This document shows, one piece after another, positions 1-11,534 of a DNA stretch of 64,000 nucleotides (within the stretch, counting starts at the first letter, position 1; each line of letters begins with the position of its first letter). The position numbers and the translations under genes were made by a program. Origin of the DNA: Nemertoderma westbladi (taxonomy: Eukaryota; Animalia; Xenacoelomorpha). The notes below the pieces were generated by a model. It made no database searches and was not told where the DNA came from. It was given only the letters and a program-made list of their open reading frames with translations. The DNA lies in the NCBI GenBank assembly GCA_032718475.1, contig JAUCBJ010000701.1:7624-71623 (forward strand). Reading direction: 5' to 3'.

Positions 1-202
1 TGTTTGAAAAGTTCCTCCTATGTGGCAACCGAAATCAGTTCCAGAAATGTAGAAGTAGGTTGGAGTTCGTTTTAGCTCTTGAGAATAATATCTATGGTAT
101 AACTGTTGGAGAGTAGATCTAGTAGTTTAGAGTTATTTTATTATAATTAAACATTACGATTACCAAAACTTATATAACAGTATTAATTAATAGTTGTCTT
201 AC

Positions 203-319
203 CTTCACATGAATATCCATCACCAGTATATCCAAGTTTGCATGTACAAGTATAGTTGTCTTGAGTATTTGTACATATCGCGTTGTGGTGGCAGCTGTGA
301 CCATTTGTTTCACATTCGT
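203..319 (-). CDS. Host gene exon encoding an EGF-like (calcium-binding type) domain
   Basis: Minus strand: ttttgcag|AC GAA TGT ... TGT GAA G|gtaag. The 117 nt are phase 1-1 and translate as DECETNGHSCHHNAICTNTQDNYTCTCKLGYTGDGYSCE, with 6 Cys in EGF spacing. Not in the ORF track. Confidence 0.92.
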
Positions 320-420
320 CTGCAAAATATTTAAATTATTATAGGATCCCAACAAATTTGTGGGATGATAATTTTTGAAACCTGTTTCCAAGGGTAATTT
401 CATCAAAAATCCCTGTAAGT

Positions 421-1300
421 CTTACTACTACTACTAGGTCGAGTAAACTCGGACAGTGGAAATGGAATCCTTCCAGGCTTCCCGATTCTCCATAGTTGTC
501 GCAATTTCGTTTCTTCCAAGTTCAGTATCCCTTTCAAGTTGATCTATATATGTTATGGCCGGTCGTCCACGACTACGCTTTCCATGAGTTGGTTGCCAGA
601 GAAGTAGATCTGGCATGACTTCGTCTTTACGCCCACTGAATCTTAATCTGCGTTCACGGAGGGCAGTTGATACAGGTGGTCTTGTACCATAGAGCTCTGC
701 ATTTGGCATGTGTTGTCTCTTGCTTTTATGTTTAGGGCTGCCCTTAGTAGTGTTGTCCTTCAATTCAGTGTTCAAGTAATTTCGTCAGTGTCCATGTCTC
801 ACCCTTGTATAAAAGTACACTTTCCACTGCGGCTCGAAATAATTTAATCTTCAGGTGCCTGGAGATATCTGATTTCCAGATGGTATCCATTTGATAGAGC
901 TTCCCATGCCTTTGGTTTCTTAACTTCTATGTTCTCTATGTTACTTCTTTTTTGCTACTCTCTATTCATGCCCAAGGACTGGAAGTCGTCAACCTTCCTT
1001 AGTTGATTATTATCAATTGTTGTCAAGTTTCATTAGCATTAAAAGTCATCAATTCGATCTTGGTAGCATTTATATTCAATCCAACCTCATTAGCGGCCTT
1101 CTCTACTTTATTCAGTTAATGATCTGCATCTGCTAGTGTATTAGAGATCAGGGCAATGTCATCTACAAAGTTAGTGTCTGTGACTGTAGTTGCCGGATGT
1201 CTACTACTTCTGCGTTCTTGTAGTGTGAATCCCAGATCTTCACCCTTTGTGGCCATCCTCATTGCATAATCCAGTACAATTACAAATAGTAGTAGCACCA
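421..1300 (-). mobile_element. 5'-truncated, decayed RTE-clade LINE (RT C-terminal half)
   Basis: Fragments LLFVIVLDY...FVDDIALIS and RRLRFSG...LLLWQPTHGKRSRGRP...YIDQL, with frameshifts. 3' end has a (TAG)n tail (ctactactactag at ~424-436). Confidence 0.85.
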
Positions 1301-1665
1301 ACTAGGGTAATAATTTAGGCTTGTTAACCAAACAATAATACTTATACATACATACGCAATATATAAAAAAATCAGTTTTAAACATTTTAAATACTTCCTA
1401 TTACTAGCTAGTAAATTATTAACATAATAATTCCATAAAAATACCATTGCTACCATAACTAATAATGTTAACAAAAAAAAAGTAAATTTTTTTTATTTTC
1501 AAAACATACTAGCTAGTAAAAAAACACTAGCTACCATTTAATATCTATTAAGGTTCTAGAACATTCACCATTATATATTACCAATTAAATTTTGTCCCAG
1601 ACAATTCGGTCCTGGAAAATTCGGTCCCGGACAATTCGGTCACATTATTATGTATGTTTTGGGAC

Positions 1666-3137
1666 CAGGGGCGGCGCTAGACAAAACAAGTGGGGGGGGG
1701 GGGGGGGGGAAGTCAATTTGCACCGACTGAAAATTAAATTTGCACCGACTGAAAATTAAATTGGCACCGACTGAAAATTAAATTTGCACCGACTTAAATT
1801 GAAACGGTTAAACTATGCGTGTAGTAGTAATAATTTATATTAATTAATAAAAAATAATTATTGAATTGGCATTTTATTTACTTCGCTTTCGCTCGGTAAA
1901 TTAAATGCCTCGAGCATAGTGAAAAATAAGTTCTATTTTTTTTCCCATGTAATAGGTGATTTTATTCTTAAATTGGTACTTTTTTGCTGCTCAATTCTTT
2001 AATAGAAGAAAGAGCGATATAATGTTACAAAATAAATTGAAGTGCAAAAAAAACTGAATAGTTACTGCAATTCAATTTACTACACTCTTCAACTCCTGAT
2101 GCTGCCTTCTCAATGTTAAATAATTTAGTGTTCTTTAATAAGTATTACGTAGCTAAAGAGCCGCTTAACAACATACTGTACACCAATATTAGATACTGAA
2201 TTCCGTTTTGGAGTACGCCGTGCAGACACTAAAGTTGCAATAACTTTTGAGACCGTGTCTGGATTTTGCTCCAATTACGTGTAAACCTTTTCTACGTTGA
2301 TGCTCTTTTACCACATGTAATGTGGTGAAATGTGGAGAAAAACCACATACTGTATTTATAAGAAATTCCACCAAAAATAGTTTAATTTAAGCGGAAAAAA
2401 GTAAAATTAATGCAATCTTGCGGGTTACTATTCTCCTTAGGGAAAAAAGTAAAATCAATGCAATCTTGCGGGTTACTATTTTCCTTAGGTAAAAAAGTGA
2501 AACTTTTTTCTCCCTATTTTGGGGTACATTCGAGCGAAAAAGTAACAATTCACGAATAAATGTTTATATTTTTATGCGGTGATAATTATAATAGTAGGCC
2601 TAATTAATAATTAAATATAATCATAATAGTAATTGACAATATGCAATCATAATATCGGCTCGAAAAATTTCACGCAGCAACCCTATTATCACAACTAAAT
2701 ATTAATGTTTAAAACGAGGTAGTAGGCTACTAACAGTAATTTATAAAAGTTGACAAAAAAATTCAATTCAACAAATTATCGTTTTAATTATTTGAATTGA
2801 ATCTTACGTTTTTTTAAATCCTATTTTAATCCAGTTCTTAATTACTGTACTCAATTCGATAGTTTCAACAATATCCGTTTCACATGCTATCGGTAACAAT
2901 GACTCTAAATTCTTTCATACCTGACAGTCTTTCCATCGTGAAATGTGTTATTGTTTTCTATCCTGTAACCATTGTTAATATAGCTCCACACCTACTGTAT
3001 CTGTTTTGCATTTTACTTTGTAGCGTTGACCGCGATGAGATATCGCACTGCTGCCCGTGGATTTTCGTCTCTTTTTCATTTAGTTGGGAATTAGGGGGGT
3101 GTCCCACCCCCACATCCCCCCCATGAAACTGCCCCTG
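1666..3137. mobile_element. Non-autonomous hAT-like DNA transposon
   Basis: Termini CAGGGGCGG / CTGCCCCTG, with a perfect 8-bp TSD tttgggac at 1658-1665 and 3138-3145. No transposase. Contains short internal tandem repeats (aaatttgcaccgactgaaaatt, 1715-1800). Confidence 0.85.
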
Positions 3138-3139
3138 TT

Positions 3140-3848
3140 TGGGACCGAATTGTCCTAGTCAGTATCTGGACAATTCGGTCCCGGACAATACGGTCCCAAA
3201 ACACAAAATTAATGGGACCGAATTGTCCGAGACCGAATTGCCCGGGACCGAATTGTCTGGACCGAATTGTCCAGGACCGAATTGTCCGGGACCGAATTGT
3301 CCAGGACCGAATTGTCCGGGACCGAATTGTCCGGGACCCAATTGTCTGGGACAGAATTGTCCGGGAGTAAATTGTCCAGGACCGAATTGTCGGGACGGAA
3401 TTGTCCAAGCAAGACCGAATTGTCCCGGACCGACATGTCCAGGACTGAATTGTCCGGGACCGAATTGTCCGGGACTGTAATGTCCGGGACCGAATTGACC
3501 GGACCAAACTGTCCGGGACCGAATTGTCCGGGACCGAATTGTCCTGGACCGAATTGTCCAGGACTGAATTGTCCGGGACCGAATTGTCCGGGACTGTAAT
3601 GTCCGGGACCGAATTGACCGGACCAAACTGTCCGGGACCGAATTGTCCGGGACCGAATTGTCCGGGACCGAATTGTCCGGGACCGAATTGTCCAGGACCG
3701 AATTTACCAGGACCGAATTGTCCAGACAGAATTGTCCGGGACCGAATTGTCCGGGACCGAATTGTCCGGGACCGAATTGTCCGGGACCGAATTGTCCGGG
3801 ACCGAATTTACCAGGACCGAATTGTCCAGACCGAATTGTCCTGCTTCC
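3140..3848. repeat. 15-bp tandem array (ggaccgaattgtccg), likely the arm of a foldback/MULE-type element
   Basis: About 40 copies ending in ...ttgtcctgcttcc. Inverted copies (ggacaattcggtccc) occur at ~1600-1640 and ~3167-3197. Confidence 0.85.
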
Positions 3849-4116
3849 ATGTTTTATAGCCCTTATTTATTTGTTCTACATATTATACAATATTTATTAA
3901 ATTATCCACAAGTCTTATCTAAAAAATTATGCAAACTAGATAGAGAATCTAGTTATAATTAACATAAAAATGGATATCAGTTATTAATAAATAAAAATAA
4001 ATTGTGTTGTTATTGTACATAAATAGATATCTAGTTTTTATTAATATAAAAATAGATTTTGTTATTATCGTACATATATATACAACTCACACAGCAGTTG
4101 CATATGTTTAACATAC

Positions 4117-4314
4117 CAATACACTGCCAAGCACATATTCCCCAATTTCCAGAGCCAAGAACGAAACTTCCATCATTGTCAACTTCTGTGGCACACCAAG
4201 GGTGATCATTGGGTTCAACAGGACAAGTATTTGTGTATTCAGTGCCATTATATTTGAATGGAAAAACACAATCCCGATATGGTCGTGGCCCTGCTACTGT
4301 TGAGCATTTCTGAA
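4117..4314 (-). CDS. Host gene exon encoding a fibronectin type II domain
   Basis: ttgcag|TT CAG AAA TGC ... TGT ATT G|gtatgt. The 198 nt are phase 1-1 and translate as QKCSTVAGPRPYRDCVFPFKYNGTEYTNTCPVEPNDHPWCATEVDNDGSFVLGSGNWGICAWQCI (FN2 CVFPF..Y..C..PWCAT..WG.C). Confidence 0.92.
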
Positions 4315-4750
4315 CTGCAATATAATTTATTTAAATTTCATTTATTTAGATCTAAAATTTGTCAATATCTGAAAATTAGTGAAGGGCATTTGGGCTGGCC
4401 TTTGCAGAAACCATGATATACCGTTTATAATAATCATGATACCTCAATGTTCAATTTTGCTTGCGGCTAAGGTCTTGTCTAGTTCTGTTGGATCAGTCAA
4501 TGGTTATGATTTCAAGTATTGCACAGTTACATCAAACCACAAATTATTCCCGATCTGCAGTTTAATGACTGGACTAAGATCACCACTGATAATTGTAGGC
4601 CATATTTTCTAGGTAGACATATAGGCAGGACAGTCTTTGTAGAATTTCATATTTTTGCGATATCTATCTAGGACTTTGTCTAAATTATGATTCTAGTTTC
4701 ATCATTAATATAATTGCAAGAGATGAAGATACATTAGGTAAGTAGGAAGA

Positions 4751-5335
4751 GGTAATGGTGAAAAATATCGAGACTTGAAAAATATCGAGAGTAAAAATAT
4801 CGAGAGTAAAAATATGGAGAGTAAAAATATCGAGAGTAAAAATATGGAGAGTAAAAATATCGAGACTTGGAAAATATCGAGAGTTAAATATCGAGTGTTG
4901 AAAAATATCGAGAGTAAATATATAAGTGATAAATTTTGATAAAAGAGTTGATAAATATTTTTGTTCTAAAACACATTTTCTAGTTGTAGATCACATTTTT
5001 AATTTTTTAAAATAGCTAGTATTTTCTACTTCTTTTTATAAATGTTATAGAACACGTGTAAGCTACCAATGTTGATAAATATTCTTGTTCTAGAACACTT
5101 TTTTTTGTACTAGAACATTTTTATGATTAAGATTATTATACAACCCTTATTATAAAGTTACAAAGTTACAAGTTACTATCGATATTTTTACTTTCGATAT
5201 TTTTCAACACTCAATATTTTTACTCTCGATATTTTTACTCTCTATATTTTTTGAACTCTCGACATTATCGTTATTTTTCAACACTTGATATTTTTACTCG
5301 TGTTATTTTTACTCTCGATATTTTTAAATATAACC
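4751..5335. mobile_element. Foldback/MULE-type MITE
   Basis: 9-bp TSD gtaggaaga at 4742-4750 and 5336-5344; termini GGTAAT/ATAACC. The arms are made of inverted 15-bp repeats (aaaaatatcgagagt). Confidence 0.85.
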
Positions 5336-5825
5336 GTAGGAAGAACATATTGGATGAAATGGATCCCAGAGGTTTGCATCAAAATAATGTCTAAAAGTTC
5401 ATAAATGTGCTAAAACTGCATGAAATTCACGTAATGTAAAGCAGCAGCATTACTATTCGACTCCTAATGTAAGAATTTATTTTTGCAAGATGGATTAGCA
5501 GTTTTTCTGTAGTACACATCCCAACTTTTAAATTATTATTCATTGAATACCAATCTAGCACAAAAGATTAATATTAAAAATTAATAATAAATTAGAATAT
5601 ATTTATTAAAGTATTTTAGATGTACATCTATCATTATGTATTATGTATCATTATGTGCATCATTATGTATTATGTATAACATCAATTAACACTGACCGTG
5701 ACCACAACAAATAGTTAACAATTAATATTACCACGCACTTGTATTATTTTGCATAAATTGTATGTGGGAACAGCGGTCCACATAGCATACAGAGCAAATT
5801 ACACCAAGTTACTTGAATTTTCGAA

Positions 5826-5881
5826 GGTGGGGGTAGCTCAGTTGGCTGAGCGCCGGGCCTGCACTCTATTGATTGTAGGTT
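5826..5881 (+). mobile_element. tRNA-derived SINE, 5' head (split by LINE insertion)
   Basis: A-box TAGCTCAGTTGG and tRNA-like arm. The B-box region GGTT(C) is interrupted by the LINE 3' tail and continues at 12002. Confidence 0.75.
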
Positions 5882-6566
5882 CTACTAGGATCGGCATGCT
5901 GCCTTGCAGCTGCCTTTTTAAGAATGCTGTGCCGGCTTGTCGACAAAATTGCGCCACCACAACTCGCTATCACCCATGACATTTGCTAGATCATCCGTAT
6001 CTTCAAGGCCAGTGTCCTTTAAGATGCGTCTCAAGAACGTCATGGGCTGTCCACCATGCTTATTCACTCCATGAGGCTGCCAAAGTACAAGATTATGCAC
6101 TGGCTGGTCCTCACGGCGAAAGCAATGTCCTGCAAAGCGGAGGCGATTTTGTTCTAGTGTCAAGCTTGGGGGAACCAATGAGACACCTCCAATGTTATAT
6201 AGTGTCTGGTTGGAGATGTGTGCATTGTACTTGACACAATGAACCCGGCGTAGCATTCTTGTGAATGTGCCATCCAGAGATTTGGTGTCCTCAGTAGTTA
6301 GAGCCCAGCATGGACTCCCATAGAGGAGTACTGGAACTACTGCTGCTCTAAATAATCGGACCTTAAGCTTCCGATTAATTCTCGTTGACTTCCAAATCCT
6401 GGAAAGCCTATTCAAGGCTGCCCATGCCTTTCCCTTACGTATTCGAAGGTCCTCACCTGACTTCCGGATCCATGATCCACGGTAACAGAAGTCTTCCACA
6501 TGCTCAAGCATACCATCCTTTGAGCTTATGCTCATCCGATCAGAGACTTGCTGAGGACTTTCAAAG
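5882..6566 (-). mobile_element. RTE-clade LINE, 3' part
   Basis: ORF 5918..6535 (DFCYRGS, KAWAALNRLSRIWKS, LLYGS.CW.LT, RLRFAGHC). (TAG)n tail at 5882. The TSD ttgtaggtt occurs at 5873-5881 and 12002-12010. Confidence 0.9.
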
Positions 6567-7136
6567 TGTGACGGGATCAGGGGATCCCGACCGGTGTATT
6601 AGGTCATGCGTCACCGCGTTGTTGTGAAAGATAATAGTTTGTTGTTGTTATCGGTTAATTGATATAGTATATAAAATGTGATAGCACAGTTGACAGGTAA
6701 TATATGCAGTATAGTATGCTGACCGGTAAATATAATATATATGATGGCGGTGACGGTACGAAATTGTCACCGATCTGCACTAGATGACTGAGATAACTGA
6801 ATTGACCGGTAGTATGCAATATAATATATATTGGTTATTCCTACGGTACTTTGGCCTCTCTATCTAGTGGATGCTTTCTTCGCCCTTATTGGCTAATATA
6901 CTAATTCTCGGCTCCCACCTCTGTGGGAGTGCTTCCCCCCCGCTGCTGTTACTTTCCCTCTCGAGGCGGTTTGACCTCTAACCTCTTTTGTGTGTGGCCT
7001 TCGGGGCCGTGTGTTGTCCCTGTTATTGGGTGTGATACGAGATTAATTGTGATTAACCTCGTATCCCCAATATTGCTGAAAAGGCGCCACTGCTCTAACT
7101 TTATGGGGTAATGAGGCGGAATTGAATCCGCTCACA
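6567..7136 (-). repeat. 3' LTR
   Basis: TGTGAC...CTCACA, a direct repeat of 10965-11534, adjacent to the polypurine tract. Confidence 0.93.
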
Positions 7137-7399
7137 CCCCCCCCCATGCTATCTTCCCGGTGAGAAGATAGCATCACCTTCGAGTTCGCTTCAATTCCGC
7201 TGGAACCCGATCTACTATCGGGTGTGGGGTGGAGTTCTCTTACTTGGAGTCGGCTTTCCAGGCCGCTCCCTCTGGGTATGATATTACTACCCTCTCTTGG
7301 TGCAACTCCAACCTATGTTGCACCAAGACATCTGGCGTCTCTGTTTGAGACAATTGTGGATTTCTCTCACACAATTTTAAAAACCCTCACTCAAACTCT

Positions 7400-8230
7400 A
7401 ACTTCTCACTCTAACTCTCCTCTAACTCCACTCTAACTCCACTCTAACTCCACTCTGAATCGCACTCCCTGTACTCTCCACTACTCCCAAAGGCGCTAGG
7501 TTCTTATGCTATCTACACTGTGCTATCATTCTTACCTACTACTTACTTACTTACTTCTTACTACTTACTTACTTATTTCTTACTACTAACTCTCTAATTC
7601 TAATAACTCTCTAACTCTAACTAGCTCTCTAACTCTACTAACTCTAACTAACTCCTAACTCTCTAACTCCTAACTCTACTAACTCTCTGACTCCTCTAAG
7701 TCTACTAACTCTCTACCACTACTAACACTCTAAACCTCTCTAACTCTACTAACTCTTCTAAGCCTACTAACTCTCTACCTCTACTAACTCTCTAACTACG
7801 TGGCGCTTTCGGTGCCCACAACCACTCTGCTACTACCTCTATCTACGTGGCGCTTACGGTGCCCACAACCCCTCTACTACTACTTTCTACGTGGCGCTTA
7901 CGGTGCCTACAACCCCTCTGCTACTACTCGTGGCATGTCAATATACCACACTCCCTATACTCGCCGACTTCTAACCTAACGGTACTACGTACCCCTCTAC
8001 TCCCGTGGTATGTCTATATACTACACTCCCTATACCCGCCGACTTCTAACTTAACGGTACCACGTACCTTCCTGCTCCCGTGGTATGTTTATATACCACA
8101 CTCCCTATACCCGTCGACTTCTAACTTAACTAACTTCTACCTAACTTTCTAACTAACTTACTTCTACTAACTTTCTAACTTCTTACTAACTTTCTTACTA
8201 ACTTCTACTGACTTCTACTTACTTATTATT
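7400..8230. repeat. Low-complexity (ctctaact)n tract plus ~34-bp and ~63-bp tandem repeats inside the LTR element
   Basis: Visible periodicity: ctacgtggcgctt x3 and atataccacactccctata x3. Confidence 0.75.
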
Positions 8231-8358
8231 TTATTATTTTTATTATTTATTTAATTATTTATATTTCTTTATGTGTGGGAAGGGCGTCTCGCCCTCATTC
8301 CCACCCCCCTCAGTCCAAAATATTGGACGACTAAACTTCATCTAACTTCATCTAAACT

Positions 8359-9690
8359 TCAAGGGCGATTCTTCCAACAGGCACTCTCCCACTGCTCCCC
8401 TTGTAGGTCCTGTAGGATTCGCCACACTCTCCTCGCCAATTCCAACTCACCAGGAATTGGTTCTCCCTCTTCTGCCACCCTAAAATCGGGTCTCTCCGCC
8501 GCCTTCTTAACTTCCTGATCTCCTGGCAGCAAAATGCCACCCTTCATCTGGTCTTCGCTTGCCGGTAGAATAAAAAGAAATCGGAAGAATAGATAAAACA
8601 GCACGGACAATAGTAATCCTATCCCTCTCCATCCTGTCTTCTTACTCGACCTCGCCCTTGTCGGTATGCCTCTCAACCAGACCGGCGTCTCTTCCAGACA
8701 CTCCTCTGGACACTCCTCCCGACACTCCTCCGGACACTCCTCCAGACTGTTGTCCTCCGGACATCTCGCCGTCCACTCCTCTCCATCCCCATACCAATAC
8801 TTGCTGGGAACATCCTTGTTCCATCCCACTGTCTCTAAGTCTTCCACGTCGAATCCATTCTCCTCCACCCACTCTCTCGCTGTTACTTCTCCTTCTAGTT
8901 TATCTACCATCTCTGGTTTCTCCTCTACGTCTTTAATGGTGCCTGGTAGCATGCACCCTGATGTCTCCGACACCCTGTGTGGAATCTTGGTTTTAATTGG
9001 GCCGCTAAGCGTCCATCCGAATGGCGTGAGAATCGCCGTCGGATCCCGCTGTCTGTCTTTCCCGAAGATCGTCTGTAATCTTTCGTGGGCCGTCGGGCAG
9101 TCCATACCCACTATGATGGATACCTTCGAGATGTCCACCTCCGGTATTGTAAAATCGATATCATCCAGGAACCGGTACTGCTCGACCTCGATGTTAGTTG
9201 GTCTCCTGGCATTAATATTTATCGATTCTATAATCTGGATGGGGTCGATGGTCGCCCCATTGTCACACCCCGGTGCTATTGCTGATATCTTGCACCGTCC
9301 CGTCCTCATCTCCAGGACTTCATCTTTACTCGAGATGGTAGTTACCGCCATCCTACTCGGCCTCGTCTTTAGCCCTATCTCTTCGGCCACCCAATTATCC
9401 ACCAGCGTGAAGGCTGCTCTGCTGTCGACCAGCATTAATGTTGTGACTGATCGACCGCCCTTTCCTGATATCTTCACTGGTACTACCCCAAGTAGTACTT
9501 TCCTCTTCCTCCTTGCTCCTGTCGTGCTTGTAGCCATTGTTTGGCCTCCAGTCTCGTCATCTCCTATTGCTGTTTCTCTACACTCTCCGGATCTGTGTCC
9601 TTCTACCACACAACGATGACATAGTCCATTTGCGTCTGTGTAGGCTACACGATCTTGTTTGGGCAACGCTTGCCAGTGCTTACAACTCAT
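8359..9690 (-). CDS. BEL/Pao zinc knuckle + aspartic protease region with atypical acidic/hydrophobic C-terminus
   Basis: LCHRCVVEGHRSGEC knuckle; LLGVVPVKI; LVDSRAAFTLV (DSG changed to DSR); AILTPFGWTLSGP. Confidence 0.75.
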   Translation of the reverse strand: MSCKHWQALPKQDRVAYTDANGLCHRCVVEGHRSGECRETAIGDDETGGQTMATSTTGARRKRKVLLGVVPVKISGKGGRSVTTLMLVDSRAAFTLVDNWVAEEIGLKTRPSRMAVTTISSKDEVLEMRTGRCKISAIAPGCDNGATIDPIQIIESININARRPTNIEVEQYRFLDDIDFTIPEVDISKVSIIVGMDCPTAHERLQTIFGKDRQRDPTAILTPFGWTLSGPIKTKIPHRVSETSGCMLPGTIKDVEEKPEMVDKLEGEVTAREWVEENGFDVEDLETVGWNKDVPSKYWYGDGEEWTARCPEDNSLEECPEECREECPEECLEETPVWLRGIPTRARSSKKTGWRGIGLLLSVLFYLFFRFLFILPASEDQMKGGILLPGDQEVKKAAERPDFRVAEEGEPIPGELELARRVWRILQDLQGEQWESACWKNRP

Positions 9691-10649
9691 GGTCTTATGG
9701 GTTCCGTCCCTATGCAGTTGACATTCGAATCCTGGATTGTAGCGTTCCTACGTATCGCGTGTAGGTTTATATCTACTGATTTAGTGTTTTGGTTATCTGG
9801 ACTCGGCCTACTGGGTATGTTGGGATTATGTTTATTTGTGTTGTTATTTTCTTTCTGTCCCTGCCATGGTGTGGCCCTACTCCCAGCTAACTGTGGGCTT
9901 GTAGCCCCCTGTGTGGCCGCGTGTGGTAACGACTGTCTTACTCTCGGGAATGGATCTGCAGGATTGTGTTCGGGTTTAGGCCTGTTGTATTCGGTCTTTG
10001 GTGCCTTCCCCAAACTATCCTCACTATAGACTCTTTCTAATAATGCGGTTCCCTCATTCAATTGTCTCTCTAACTCTTTCTGGTCTAGCGCCGCAATGTC
10101 TAGTTGACACTCCTGATTTATCTCCAACACCCTTCTTGCCTTTGCGGAGGATGTAGCGGACTTATTGGTCGCGACGGACTCCCGTCGCCTCTCTGTCCTA
10201 CTAACTTTCCCCCGCTTTCCAGGGTTCTCGCTAACCGACGAGACCGAATCCTCGGAGTTAACCTCGGGTTCGCCCTCGTGCGGGTCTGCCCAACCCGCTA
10301 ACTTAATTCCCCTAGCATCCACTAAATACAGCCCTACATACACTATTTGGGGCTCCATAATCTCGGATCGCCACAGTTCGAATAGTTCGGTGGCGACCCC
10401 CCTCGCTCTCTCACTCGCTAGTTCTCCCTGCCCGAAACAAACTAGGTATCTGAAATGTTTATTCGACTCACCTAGTCGCTGGCTAAACTTCCCCTGGTCT
10501 ACCTTTGCTCCCTCTCTGGCCTCCTTGAGCTGTTTCTTCGTGGCATTGTAGGCCCGTCGAAGCCGATCGCTGGTTCCGACGTCCTCGTCACCGACATCTC
10601 CTCCTCCTCTCCTGGTTCGGCGTCGTACCGGCGGCCCCACTGTCGCCAT
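9687..10649 (-). CDS. Gag-like N-terminal ORF of the LTR element (frameshifted from the downstream ORF inside a CCHC knuckle)
   Basis: 320-aa ORF after the 5' LTR with a Ser-rich/coiled-coil region. NCI...DGTHKTMSC is split across two frames at ~9700. Confidence 0.65.
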   Translation of the reverse strand: MATVGPPVRRRTRRGGGDVGDEDVGTSDRLRRAYNATKKQLKEAREGAKVDQGKFSQRLGESNKHFRYLVCFGQGELASERARGVATELFELWRSEIMEPQIVYVGLYLVDARGIKLAGWADPHEGEPEVNSEDSVSSVSENPGKRGKVSRTERRRESVATNKSATSSAKARRVLEINQECQLDIAALDQKELERQLNEGTALLERVYSEDSLGKAPKTEYNRPKPEHNPADPFPRVRQSLPHAATQGATSPQLAGSRATPWQGQKENNNTNKHNPNIPSRPSPDNQNTKSVDINLHAIRRNATIQDSNVNCIGTEPIRP

Positions 10650-10964
10650 TCCAGTGGACCGTCCGTCGCCCTCGGCCTGTGGCTGGCCGGCGAATTCGGT
10701 ACCTCGACCGCCATCGTGCGTTGACTCGTCCCTTCCTCCTGGTAGACGGCCGCCCTCCGCTTGGACTGCCGGATCGTCTCTCGTCGGCGAATCCGGCGTC
10801 GTAGGTCGATACCGTCTCGTCGCGGCCTCACGGATCGTTAGGTTGTTGCTATCGTCCGCGGCGGTGTCCTCTCCCCCTCTAGATCTCGGGGCTCAGGGGT
10901 TCATCTTTAACTTTCCTTCTCGGTGGCTGGCAGTCACAGTTTAGCAGTGTTGGGAATTTCATAC

Positions 10965-11534
10965 TATGACGGGATCAGGGGATCCCGACCGGTGTATTAG
11001 GTCACGCGTCACCGCATTGTTGTGAAAGATAATTGTTTGTTGTTGTTATCGGTTAATTGATATAGTATATAAAATGTGATAGCACAGTTGGCAGGTAATA
11101 TATGCAGTATAGTATGCAGACCGGTAAATATAATATATATGATGGCGGTGACGGTACGAAATTGTCACCGATCTGCACTAGATGACTGAGATAACTGAAT
11201 TGACCGGTAGTATGCAATATAATATATATTGGTTATTCCTATGGTACTTTGGCCTCTCTATCTAGCGGATGCTTTCTTTGCCCTTATTGGCTAATATACT
11301 AATTCTCGGCTCCCACCTCTGTGGGAGCGCTTCCCCCCCGCTGCTGTTACTTTCCCTCTCGAGGCGGTTTCACCTCTAACCTCTTTTGTGTGTGGCCTTC
11401 GGGGCCGTGTGTTGTCCCCGTTAGTGGGTGTGATACGAGATTAATTGTGATTAACCTCGTATCCCCAATATTGCTGAAAAGGCGCCACTGCTCTAACTTT
11501 ATGGGGTAATGAGGCGGAATTGAATCCGCTCACA
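10965..11534 (-). repeat. 5' LTR
   Basis: Direct repeat of 6567-7136 followed by TSD caaag. Confidence 0.93.

Larger units (their letters stand above)
6567..11534 (-). mobile_element. Non-autonomous BEL/Pao-type LTR retrotransposon (gag + protease only)
   Basis: 570-bp LTRs at 6567-7136 and 10965-11534 (about a dozen mismatches); 5-bp TSD caaag; G-run PPT at 7137-7145; BEL-type zinc knuckle and protease. No RT, RNase H or integrase. Confidence 0.9.

Noticed and set aside
1-120. Further host exon downstream of the EGF exon
   Set aside because: One frame is open, but the candidate AG acceptors in phase 1 lead to stops; cannot be supported.
3091-3962. Many overlapping ORFs of GPNCP/GTELS/RTIRS pentapeptides
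   Set aside because: By-products of a stop-free 15-bp tandem repeat open in most frames on both strands.
5826-5900. Functional tRNA gene
   Set aside because: No complete T-arm or acceptor stem; it continues as a SINE body at 12002.
7430-7800. Telomere-like repeat
   Set aside because: Irregular ctctaact/ctact units inside an LTR element, not a regular telomeric repeat.
8666-9619. 317-aa plus-strand ORF and other antisense ORFs in the LTR element
   Set aside because: Shadow frames of the minus-strand gag/protease with no recognisable motifs.
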